DNA from: an uncultured Clostridia bacterium
GTDB taxonomy: Bacteria; Bacillota; Clostridia; TANB77; CAG-508
Length of the DNA stretch: 64,000 bases
NCBI GenBank assembly: GCA_947627755.1
Contig: CANQXD010000004.1
Span: 6,441 to 70,440 of the forward strand
Reading direction: 5' to 3'
The notes below the pieces were generated by a model. That model made no database searches. It worked only from the letters and a program-made list of their open reading frames with translations, and was not told where the DNA came from. Positions 19,072 through 26,734 of this stretch are shown piece after piece (positions within the stretch are counted from its first letter, which is position 1; the number at the start of each line of letters is the position of its first letter). The position numbers were made by a program, and so were the translations under genes.

Positions 19072-20127
19072 TCATAAGTATGTCCGTTTGGTAGCCTTAA
19101 AAGTCATTTGAAGTGATGGAACTCCATAATTTATAATACTACCATTGCAGGCAAAGTTTGCTCCCTTAGTTGTATCCCATAAATAAATAATTAAAAGATT
19201 GTTTGGTTCTGCATTTTCAACAGTGCACCAAGTAGATATGCTAACTAAAGTATCTTCTGTTGCAGTATAAGTAAAAAAGGAGACTTCGCTAGTACTATTT
19301 ATATTTTTTTTGTGAGCATGTGAATAATTAAAATACTGAAAACTATTTAGCAAGGTATCAAACTTTTTTGAAGATTCATTTAATGCAGTTGTTAATTGAG
19401 CATTTTGGGTTTGTGCTTGTTGCAATTGTGTAGTTAAACTTGCTACTTGACTAGTTAATGAGTTTTTATTTGCTTCTAAATCTTGTAGTTTTTTCTTACT
19501 ACTAGCTAATTCTGTCTCTTTTGCTTGTAATTGTTCTGTTAAACTATTTATTTGCTCATCTTTTGCTTGTATACTTCCTTCTTTTTCGGCTACTTCTTTG
19601 TTTAATGAATTGACCTCACTTTGTAAATTAGTTATTTGGTCTTGCTTACTTTTTATATCTGCTTGACCTTGTGCAACTTGTTTCGTTAATTCAGTTATTT
19701 CATTTTCTTTTTCTTGTATTTGTGATTTTCCTTGATTAACTTCTTCTTGTAATGTGCTTACTTGCTCTTGTAACACGTCTATCTGAGATTCTAACTCTTG
19801 CTTTTGCTGCTGTGAACTTTGTAATTGATTTTGTAAATCTTCTATGTTTTTTGTCAATTTATCTATAGTATCTTGCAATTCACCTACTGCTGGATAGTTA
19901 AAATTACCTTCTTGTTCCATTTGAGTATACAGTTCATTCATCCTTGTTTGTTCTTCTATTTGTGCTAATTCTATATCTTCTTTTGCTTTTTTTGCCATCG
20001 TGAATAGTCCATTTTCACCTAATACTAGGTTTATACTAACTCCTGCCAAAATAATTAAAATTACAATTGTTATAACTAACGAAATTAATGTAATTCCTTT
20101 GATATAATTTTGCTTTTCTTTCTTCAT
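19072..20127 (-). CDS. pilin-like N-terminal segment + long coiled coil + small C-terminal domain, paralog P3 (possible 3' frameshift)
   Basis: KGITLISLVITIVILIILAGVSINLVLGENGLF, then about 200 aa of Q/E/L heptad-like sequence. No FGE motifs. Confidence 0.6.
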   Translation of the reverse strand: MKKEKQNYIKGITLISLVITIVILIILAGVSINLVLGENGLFTMAKKAKEDIELAQIEEQTRMNELYTQMEQEGNFNYPAVGELQDTIDKLTKNIEDLQNQLQSSQQQKQELESQIDVLQEQVSTLQEEVNQGKSQIQEKENEITELTKQVAQGQADIKSKQDQITNLQSEVNSLNKEVAEKEGSIQAKDEQINSLTEQLQAKETELASSKKKLQDLEANKNSLTSQVASLTTQLQQAQTQNAQLTTALNESSKKFDTLLNSFQYFNYSHAHKKNINSTSEVSFFTYTATEDTLVSISTWCTVENAEPNNLLIIYLWDTTKGANFACNGSIINYGVPSLQMTFKATKRTYL

Positions 20128-20225
20128 TTGTTTCCAACTCCTTGTTTTTTTGTTTTATTATATCTATGCATTTTTTGTTAAGCAATAAAATGAAGGTTTT
20201 TAACTAATAACTTTTTTACATAATA
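20128..20225 (-). promoter_or_regulatory. conserved promoter/5' leader module (copy 3)
   Basis: Minus strand TTGCTT(20185-20180)-17 nt-TATAAT(20162-20157) and an AAGGAG RBS. Confidence 0.6.
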
Positions 20226-20324
20226 ATTATGTTTTTACTACTTCTTTATATGTCATTAAGTTTCATTAGAATTAACAAATTTCTTTTTTCTTTATATATT
20301 TAGCCCTACAAAATTATCCAATAA

Positions 20325-20370
20325 AAAGTAGCAATTGGGGATAAGTCCCTAATTGCTACTTCTTTTTTTA
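20325..20370. terminator. bidirectional hairpin with A-run/T-run flanks
   Basis: AAAAAGTAGCAATTGGGGATAAGTCCCTAATTGCTACTTCTTTTTTT. The stem carries the GGGA/TCCC core and the GTCCCTAATTGCTAC module also seen at 36929. Confidence 0.6.
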
Positions 20371-20739
20371 ATAGTCTTTCAAGTTTTCTAGTTGGATTCT
20401 TCTTTTTTCTTGTTTTTCTTGTAAATTTGCAAGCATTTCTTCGCTCATTTCATATTTGTTATTTTCCATATATTCTTGTGTATTTTCATACTTTTTTTCT
20501 AAATTTTCAATTTGTTCTTCTCTTGTTTGAATATCGGCATTTCCATTTAATTTTTCTCTTAAATCATCTATTTGTTCTTCACGAATTTCTTGAATTTCGC
20601 GTGCATGGTCTTTATTATCTTGATTTCCAATATGAGAATATTGCTCTAAATGTCGTTCTGTTCTTGTATGATTTTCCACTAAATTGATTAAATTATCAAT
20701 TTGTCTATCTTTTTTGTTTTGTTCGTCAAAATTTTCCAT
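20368..20739 (-). CDS. acidic coiled-coil protein (possibly Tlp-like small spore protein)
   Basis: 123-aa E/Q/N-rich helical ORF. The resemblance to SASP Tlp is weak. Confidence 0.4.
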   Translation of the reverse strand: MENFDEQNKKDRQIDNLINLVENHTRTERHLEQYSHIGNQDNKDHAREIQEIREEQIDDLREKLNGNADIQTREEQIENLEKKYENTQEYMENNKYEMSEEMLANLQEKQEKRRIQLENLKDY

Positions 20740-20821
20740 GATAAAAAATCCTCCTTTTGAAATACTATAATTATAGCATTCGTTATTTTTAAATTTTTAT
20801 AAGTGAGAATTTTTTGAAATT

Positions 20822-20853
20822 TGGAAAGATTTTTGACACGTCCCAAATCTTTC
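20822..20853. repeat. GGGAC-core hairpin family C, copy 2
   Basis: GGAAAGATTTTTGACACGTCCCAAATCTTTCC abuts the stop of the DUF1287 gene. Confidence 0.7.
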
Positions 20854-21510
20854 CTACCATCTAAAATGTCCTGAAATTTTTTCAAAATGTTCATTTAAAT
20901 ATTCTAAGGCATCTTCTTCTCTTAAAGGTTGCCCACTATTATGAATTAAATAAGGAACTCCCTTTTTATTTCTTTTATCAGATATTATGCCAATATGGGA
21001 AGTTCCAAAAGTAACAATATCCCCCGGTTGCCATTCTTCAATTTTGCTTAAATCTGTAGTTAAATTTTTTGCATTTCTTTCAAAAAAGATTTTCAAATTT
21101 CCTACTCTGCGAAAATCTATGTTAGGATCTGGCTTGTTTTCTACTCTAGGATACAATTCTACATTATTTTTAATATCTTCATCTACCATATCTTTTAGAC
21201 TATACCCTGCATTCTTAAAAGCTCTCCAAATAACATCTGTGCAAACACCTTCTTCGTCTGGTGGATAGCCACCTGCATAATAGGCACTTTTATACTTTGG
21301 CGCTCTTTTTGCTTCTTCTTTGGCTCCTAATAAAATATCTGTATAATCATCAATGCCATTATTGTTATAATCTGTATCACTCTTTATAGTCTGGATTCCA
21401 AAATCTTCTGCACTATAAAATTCTTTATTCTTCTCATAAAAAATAATACCAAATATTGAAGCACACAATGCTAAAATTATAATAGTAGTTATAATAAAAA
21501 ATTTTTTCAT
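20854..21510 (-). CDS. DUF1287-domain protein (NlpC/P60-like fold), N-terminal signal anchor
   Basis: YYAGGYPPDEEGVCTDVIWRAFKNAGY ... WQPGDIVTFG.SHIGIISDK matches my memory of DUF1287. Confidence 0.7.
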   Translation of the reverse strand: MKKFFIITTIIILALCASIFGIIFYEKNKEFYSAEDFGIQTIKSDTDYNNNGIDDYTDILLGAKEEAKRAPKYKSAYYAGGYPPDEEGVCTDVIWRAFKNAGYSLKDMVDEDIKNNVELYPRVENKPDPNIDFRRVGNLKIFFERNAKNLTTDLSKIEEWQPGDIVTFGTSHIGIISDKRNKKGVPYLIHNSGQPLREEDALEYLNEHFEKISGHFRW

Positions 21511-21605
21511 TTTAATAACATTCCTTTCCTTGTTGTCTCTTACTAATAATTATACATAAGAAAAGAATATAAACTATGAAATTTATAAAATCTTAAGAAA
21601 AACTA

Positions 21606-21634
21606 TTGCTTTTATAAATAAAAAGATTTATAAT
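21606..21634 (+). promoter_or_regulatory. sigma-A-type promoter of the type III TA locus
   Basis: TTGCTT (21606-21611), 17-nt spacer, TATAAT (21629-21634). Confidence 0.6.
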
Positions 21635-21646
21635 GAATATACTAAT

Positions 21647-21666
21647 ATTGATAAAATATTTTATCA
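21647..21666 (+). promoter_or_regulatory. perfect 20-bp palindrome just downstream of the -10 (candidate operator)
   Basis: TTGATAAAATATTTTATCAA read directly. Confidence 0.4.
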
Positions 21667-21670
21667 AAAA

Positions 21671-21823
21671 ACTAGGTTAACACTAACCTTTGACTCAGTT
21701 CATAAACAAGTGTGTTTTAACATTAGGTTAGATATGAGCCTTTAGGATGAAATCCTATAAACGAATATCCTTTTGAACATTAGGTTAGAAACGAGCCTTT
21801 AGTTTTACTATAAACGAGTTTCC
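21671..21823 (+). ncRNA. toxI: ToxI-like tandem-repeat antitoxin RNA (about 2.8 imperfect units of about 48-57 nt)
   Basis: The units start near 21671, 21719 and 21776 and share AACATTAGGTTAGA, GAGCCTTTAG and TATAAACGA cores. The array lies between a promoter and a terminator, immediately upstream of a ToxN-family ORF. Confidence 0.75.
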
Positions 21824-21834
21824 AAAAAAATTAT

Positions 21835-21864
21835 GGGGGTACTAAAAAGTATCCCCTATTTTTG
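21835..21864 (+). terminator. intrinsic terminator between the RNA repeats and the toxin gene
   Basis: GGGGGTACT-AAAA-AGTATCCCC forms a 9-bp stem (one G-U pair) and is followed by TATTTTT. Confidence 0.75.
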
Positions 21865-21879
21865 TGAAAGGATATGTAT

Positions 21880-22425
21880 ATGAAAAATAGTAAAAAATTA
21901 AAAATAAAAAAATTAAATTTCTATATTATTGACAATGACTATATAGATTTTTTAAGTAAATTTGAGAACCACATTGCTTATAATAAAAATGAGAAAAGAC
22001 CTTATATTGGAGTAGTTCTTGTAATAAAAGAACATTATTATTTTGCTCCTTTGTTTTCTCCAAAGAAAAAACACAAAACTTATAAAAATAATTTAACTTT
22101 CTTTAAAATTATAAATGAAAAGACAAAAAATAATTTAGGAATTATAAGGTTTTCAGATATGATTCCAGTACCAGAAGATTGTGTGTATTTATTAGATATG
22201 AAAAGTAAAAGTTATGGATATAAAAGGCTTTTATCTGAACAATATTCCTATATAAATAAGCCTAACAATAGACAAAAAATTATAGAAAAAGCAGAAAAAA
22301 TCTATCATATAGTTACCAATAATAAAAATAGCAAAGTATCAAAATTTTATAAAGATTTAAGTTGCAATTTTAAATTATTAGAAGAAAAGTGTTTAGAGTA
22401 CAAAATTAAACAAACAAAGGTATAA
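21880..22425 (+). CDS. toxN: type III toxin-antitoxin system toxin, ToxN/AbiQ-family endoribonuclease
   Basis: LNFYIIDNDYIDFLSKFE, KRPYIGVVLVIKEHYYFAPLFSPKKKH and LGIIRFSDMIPV parallel the ToxN/AbiQ N-terminal motifs as I remember them. An AAAGGA RBS lies 8 nt before the ATG at 21880. The track start at 21874 is an alternative. Confidence 0.8.
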   Translation: MKNSKKLKIKKLNFYIIDNDYIDFLSKFENHIAYNKNEKRPYIGVVLVIKEHYYFAPLFSPKKKHKTYKNNLTFFKIINEKTKNNLGIIRFSDMIPVPEDCVYLLDMKSKSYGYKRLLSEQYSYINKPNNRQKIIEKAEKIYHIVTNNKNSKVSKFYKDLSCNFKLLEEKCLEYKIKQTKV

Positions 22426-22466
22426 ATTTTTTAATCATTTTATACCTCTGTTATTACTAATGAAAC

Positions 22467-22508
22467 AAAAGGGATAGATGGTGCAAATGGAAACGTCCCT
22501 AAAGGTAC
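22467..22508 (-). repeat. GGGAC-core element family A copy that overlaps the sigma-factor stop codon
   Basis: The minus strand reads GTACCTTTAGGGACGTTTCCATTTGCACCATCTATCCCTTTT. The TAG inside it terminates ORF 22499-23470. Confidence 0.75.
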
Positions 22509-23470
22509 TTTTTGTATTTTTGTTGTGCAAAGATAATGCTAAAGAAGATTGTAGCACATAGTGAAATGCTGGTAATTCCAATTAGTGCAATATCTAGCCA
22601 AGTTTCTAAAGGCTTACCTAGCACAAAAGATTCTTGTCCTGATTGGCTTTGTACTACTTCTTGCTGTATTTCATGCTCATTTTCATATTGTTCTTTATTT
22701 TGTTCTATTTCATTTTTACTATTAAAATTGCTATCTATTTCTTGGTTTTCTTTGTCGCTTTTCGATGGCTGTTGCTCTATTGCCTCACTATCTAGTCTGT
22801 CGTTTTCCGATTTGCTAGAAGAAGTTGTAGAATCTATTATAGTGTTTGCTTCTATTTCTTCGCTTTGCGCCATATTAGCACTTCTTTTTTTGCCACCTAG
22901 TAATTTACTAACACATATTGTTGCCGTTACAATAAATAGCGATAAATTTCCTATTAGTAATTTTAAACTATGAAGTGATTTATAATATTTCCATTGTACT
23001 GTTCCGATTGGCATATTTAAAAGTTTGGCAATTTCTTTAAAAGATAGTCCTATTTCTACTTTTAACGAAATAATTTGTTTTTCTTTTTGCTCTAACGAAG
23101 AAATGATATTTTGGTAAGTGTTTTTTCCTACTATTTCCTCTATGGTATCTTCTTTGCCTTTTTCTTCAATTTCTTCTATTTGAAGCGTTTCCTTATTTTT
23201 TCGTAAATACGAAATTGCTTCATTTTTTGTTACGGAGTAAAGCCAGCTTGCTTCATAGTTACTTGGAAGTTTTTCTTTTGAAAGATTTCCTATTTTGATA
23301 AATACATTTTGCATGATATCTTCTGCATTTTCCTTGTTTTTTAAAATAGAAAATGCAATTTGGTACACTAAGGAAGAATACTTTTGGTATAATTCTTCAT
23401 AGGCTGTTTTATCTTCTTCTTTTAGTTTTTCAAATAATGTATGTAATTCTTGTTCATTTATTTTACTCAT
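22499..23470 (-). CDS. sigma-70/ECF-type sigma factor fused to a TM helix, an acidic low-complexity region and a second C-terminal TM helix
   Basis: A region-2-like segment (YELYQKYSSLVYQIAFSILKNKENAEDIMQNVF) and a region-4 HTH (LSFKEIAKLLNMPIGTVQWKYYKSL), then LSLFIVTATICVSKLL, an S/E/Q-rich stretch and ALIGITSISLCATIFFSIIF. Confidence 0.7.
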   Translation of the reverse strand: MSKINEQELHTLFEKLKEEDKTAYEELYQKYSSLVYQIAFSILKNKENAEDIMQNVFIKIGNLSKEKLPSNYEASWLYSVTKNEAISYLRKNKETLQIEEIEEKGKEDTIEEIVGKNTYQNIISSLEQKEKQIISLKVEIGLSFKEIAKLLNMPIGTVQWKYYKSLHSLKLLIGNLSLFIVTATICVSKLLGGKKRSANMAQSEEIEANTIIDSTTSSSKSENDRLDSEAIEQQPSKSDKENQEIDSNFNSKNEIEQNKEQYENEHEIQQEVVQSQSGQESFVLGKPLETWLDIALIGITSISLCATIFFSIIFAQQKYKKYL

Positions 23471-23527
23471 TTTTTACTCCATTCTTTCGATATCATAAGA
23501 AATATATCAACTTTTGAAAATAACTTT

Positions 23528-24265
23528 CTAAATAGTTAACTTATGGTTAATTGCTATTTGTTTTAAGTATTTATCAATTTCCTTATAATTTGGAATATAT
23601 TTTTCCACTAATGTATAAAAATCTTTGCTGTGATTTGGATGAACAATGTGGCATAACTCGTGCACAATAATAGCATCTACCGCTTCTTCTTTTAACATAA
23701 CCAAACGGCTACTAAAATGTAGAGCTTTTGTTTTAGGTATGCAACTTCCATATTTGGTTTTCGCATCTCTTACCTGCACACTATTATATGAAATATTTGT
23801 TTTTTTACTCCAATATGGTAGTTTTTCTTGTAACATAAACTCTGTATTTTCTTTAAAAAGTTTTCTTACTGCTTGTTTTATATAAGCATTTTCTTCTTCC
23901 TTTTGAATTTGCTTTGGAAGAAGAATTCGAAATATTTTACTTTCCTTTTCAAGTCTTACCCTTATAATATCTTTATTATGATAAGATTTATCAATTTTAT
24001 ATTCCTCTCCGTGATATAGAATGGTTTGACCAGTTTGCCATCTTCCCTCTTTTTGACGCTTTATCTCTTCCATATTTTTGTATTTTTCATAAATTTTTTC
24101 TTCATTTATTTGAAGAAAAGCATCTACTTCTATTTTTGGCACATAAAATGGCTTGGTTACAACTATTCCATCCTCTTTAAATAATATCTTCATCGTTTTA
24201 GCTGTTTTATAATTTTTTATACAAAGTGGAACTTCTATTTCTTTTATTTTTAATATATATTGCAT
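23528..24265 (-). CDS. YgjP/DUF45-type (M48-like, SprT-like) metallopeptidase
   Basis: IIVHELCHIVHPNHSKDFY zinc motif. The start is uncertain: ATG at 24265 or TTG at 24322. Confidence 0.7.
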   Translation of the reverse strand: MQYILKIKEIEVPLCIKNYKTAKTMKILFKEDGIVVTKPFYVPKIEVDAFLQINEEKIYEKYKNMEEIKRQKEGRWQTGQTILYHGEEYKIDKSYHNKDIIRVRLEKESKIFRILLPKQIQKEEENAYIKQAVRKLFKENTEFMLQEKLPYWSKKTNISYNSVQVRDAKTKYGSCIPKTKALHFSSRLVMLKEEAVDAIIVHELCHIVHPNHSKDFYTLVEKYIPNYKEIDKYLKQIAINHKLTI

Positions 24266-24391
24266 TTTGATTCTTCTCTTTTCTTTTTTCTTTATCCTAA
24301 CATACCCTTTCTTATTTTTCAAGATTACTATTTTGGACAGGTTTATATAGCAATATCTAAATAATTATCCTCCGGCTTAGCTAGAAGTATA

Positions 24392-24440
24392 TAAACAATA
24401 AAAGATGCATATAAAATTTATATGCATCTTTATTGTTTAG
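24392..24440 (-). terminator. hairpin with a stem of about 20 bp, downstream of the 24453-24920 gene
   Basis: AACAATAAAAGATGCATATAAA-ATT-TATATGCATCTTTATTGTT. Confidence 0.65.
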
Positions 24441-24452
24441 AGAAACTTTTAA

Positions 24453-24920
24453 TTAATAACAATGAAATTGTTTTGCCGCTTCTATTGATTCCTGCTCTAC
24501 TATTGCATTTTGTTGTAATTTTTGCCTAATGCTAGCATCCAGCTTGCTTATTTCTGCCGCAGATACTTCATAAACAATTTGAGTTTCTTTTATCCATTGT
24601 AAAATTGATGAATTATCTGTAGCAGTTTTTACAGCAGGCATATAATTTAATTTTGCTTTCCTTATACCTGATTTCTTACTTTCCTCGTACATAGCCATCA
24701 ATTTTCTTTCTTCGCATTTTAGCAACTCGTGCTCTAATGTATATTCAAGTAGTTTGCAAGCTAAATTTTCTTCACAATTTTTTGACTTTATAAAGTCTAA
24801 GAAACGCATTTTAAAGATATTTAGATTTTCTGAAGTCAATAGCGTATTTTTCTCCATCCAATCAGATTGGGCATCAAAAAATTCACGCAATAAATTTCTA
24901 TCTTCCTGTTTTAATTTCAT
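24453..24920 (-). CDS. hypothetical protein
   Basis: 155-aa helical ORF with its own terminator. No family recognised. Confidence 0.45.
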   Translation of the reverse strand: MKLKQEDRNLLREFFDAQSDWMEKNTLLTSENLNIFKMRFLDFIKSKNCEENLACKLLEYTLEHELLKCEERKLMAMYEESKKSGIRKAKLNYMPAVKTATDNSSILQWIKETQIVYEVSAAEISKLDASIRQKLQQNAIVEQESIEAAKQFHCY

Positions 24921-25186
24921 AGTAGTTACCTCCTTGCCAGTTGGCTTTTCTTTGCTTGTTAATAGTTACTCTATTAAAACTCCTTTGATGCTATATTAGG
25001 AGATGATATAATTTAAAACTGAACATATTTTATCATGTTTTATGTGAAATTGCAAGAAAAATACTTAATTCTATGCATATTCCTATTGAAATTTTTTCAA
25101 AATTATGTTATATTTATTGTATTATAATTGCTAAGTGCAATTTGCAACTATTCACCTTATTTAAATATTTTTATGGAGGTATCTTT

Positions 25187-25372
25187 ATGAAAACAAAAAA
25201 AATCTATGGTATTTGTACCACCGATGATGAACGTTCCTCTAGCATTAAATGCTATTGTGCTACAAAAGCAATTGCTAAGCGGGAATTAAAAAATTATCGT
25301 GATTTTTTTGCAAGTAAGCCACCAAATCCGGATGCAAAACATATTATTCCTATCGATTTAATTATTGAGTAA
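25187..25372 (+). CDS. small hypothetical protein (61 aa)
   Basis: GGAGG RBS 6-7 nt before the ATG at 25187, and a hairpin terminator directly after the stop. Confidence 0.4.
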   Translation: MKTKKIYGICTTDDERSSSIKCYCATKAIAKRELKNYRDFFASKPPNPDAKHIIPIDLIIE

Positions 25373-25377
25373 TCACG

Positions 25378-25415
25378 AAATAACGACCAGTAAAATTTAC
25401 TGGTCGTTTTGTTTG
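25378..25415. terminator. bidirectional hairpin shared by the small ORF and clpX
   Basis: ACGACCAGTAAAATTTACTGGTCGT followed by a T-rich run. Confidence 0.65.
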
Positions 25416-25417
25416 TT

Positions 25418-26734
25418 TTATGCTGTTTCTTCTGTTCGATTCGTATTTTTTCTTTGTGGTTTTGATGTTTTATTTTTGATTAGTTCTTTTTTATCATTGA
25501 TAACTAATTTTGGTGCTTTCTTTTCTAGCACTGTTTCTTTTGTTACAATACATTTTTCTATTCTTGGGTTAGATGGAATGTCAAACATAATGTCTCTCAT
25601 TATTTCTTCTATAATAGAACGTAAGCCTCTTGCTCCTGTTTTTCTTTCTAAAGCTTTATCTACAATAGCTTCTAATGCTTCTTGTTCAAATTCTAGTTCT
25701 ACATTGTCTAACTCTAGTAATTTTTGATATTGTTTTACTAACGCATTTTTTGGTTTTGTTACAATGTCTATTAAAGCATTTCTATCTAATTCTCTTAATG
25801 TTGCTACAATTGGAAGTCTTCCTACAAACTCTGGAATTAAACCAAATTTTAATAAATCTTGTGGTAATAATTGTTCATAGATTTTGTATTTATGAATTTA
25901 TTTTTGACTTTGTACATTAGCACCAAATCCAATTGCTTTCTTGCCTGTACGTTCATTGATGATTTTGTCTAGTCCTTCAAATGCACCACCACATATAAAT
26001 AAAATGTTTTCTGTGTTAATTTGTATTAACTCTTGATGTGGATGTTTTCTTCCGCCTTGTGGTGGAACAGAAGCAATGGTTCCTTCTACAATTTTAAGTA
26101 ATGCTTGTTGCACACCTTCACCACTTACATCTCTTGTAATGGATGGATTTTCTGACTTTCTTGTGATTTTATCGATTTCATCTATATATATGATACCCTT
26201 TTCTGCCTTTTCAATGTCATAGTCTGCATTTTGAATTAGTTTTAATAAAATGTTTTCTACGTCTTCTCCTACATAGCCTGCTTCTGTTAAGGTTGTGGCA
26301 TCTGCAATCGCAAATGGAACTTGCAAAATTCTAGCAAGAGTTTGTGCAAGCAAGGTTTTTCCACATCCTGTTGGTCCTAGTAGTAAAACATTACTTTTTT
26401 GAATTTCTACATCTTCTTTATTTTTCTGTGGATGGTTAATTCTTTTATAGTGATTATATACGGCAACTGCTAATGTTTTTTTAGCATCTTCTTGCCCTAT
26501 TACATAACTATCTAATACCTTTTTTATTTCTTCTGGACTTGGTAATTTATTATTTTCTTTATTTAATGTGTAGCTAAAGTCTGCTTCTTCATAAGAATCA
26601 TCTTCTAAAATATTAGTACATACTTTGATACATTCATCACAAATAAATACTCCTGGTCCTGCAATAATTCTCTCTACTGCATCTTGTGATTTTCCACAAA
26701 ATGAGCATCTTATATTTTTATCTGTCTTGGTCAT
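25418..26734 (-). pseudogene. clpX: ClpX AAA+ unfoldase interrupted by an in-frame TAA at 25898-25900
   Basis: The 278-aa N-terminal ORF has the zinc ribbon (CSFCGK ... CDEC), Walker A (GPTGCGKT) and Walker B (IIYIDEIDK). The same frame continues after TAA with [20 protein letters not shown] ... [15 protein letters not shown] to the stop at 25418. 25898-25418 = 480 nt, a multiple of 3. Confidence 0.8.

Noticed and set aside
14481-20225. Calling the pilin-like cluster a type IV pilus, competence pseudopilus or T2SS operon.
   Set aside because: No prepilin peptidase, assembly ATPase, platform protein or secretin is present in the window. The canonical Glu+5 is absent. Only the N-terminal resemblance is supported.
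20688-20894. 68-aa minus-strand ORF bridging the DUF1287 gene and the coiled-coil gene.
   Set aside because: It overlaps the ends of two better-supported genes and consists partly of the translation of the family C hairpin repeat. It has no RBS.
14481-24920. Interpreting the accessory-looking stretch (pilin-like genes, ToxIN, sigma factor, DUF45) as a prophage or integrative element.
   Set aside because: No integrase, recombinase, transposase, phage structural gene or flanking attachment-site repeat could be identified. tRNA genes are far away (43.5 kb and 52.4 kb).
25898-25900. Stop-codon reassignment (TAA read as an amino acid) as the explanation for the in-frame stop in clpX.
   Set aside because: TAA terminates many of the well-defined genes whose ends I checked in this window, at positions consistent with homologues. 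A global reassignment is therefore not tenable. A local error, mutation or readthrough is more likely.
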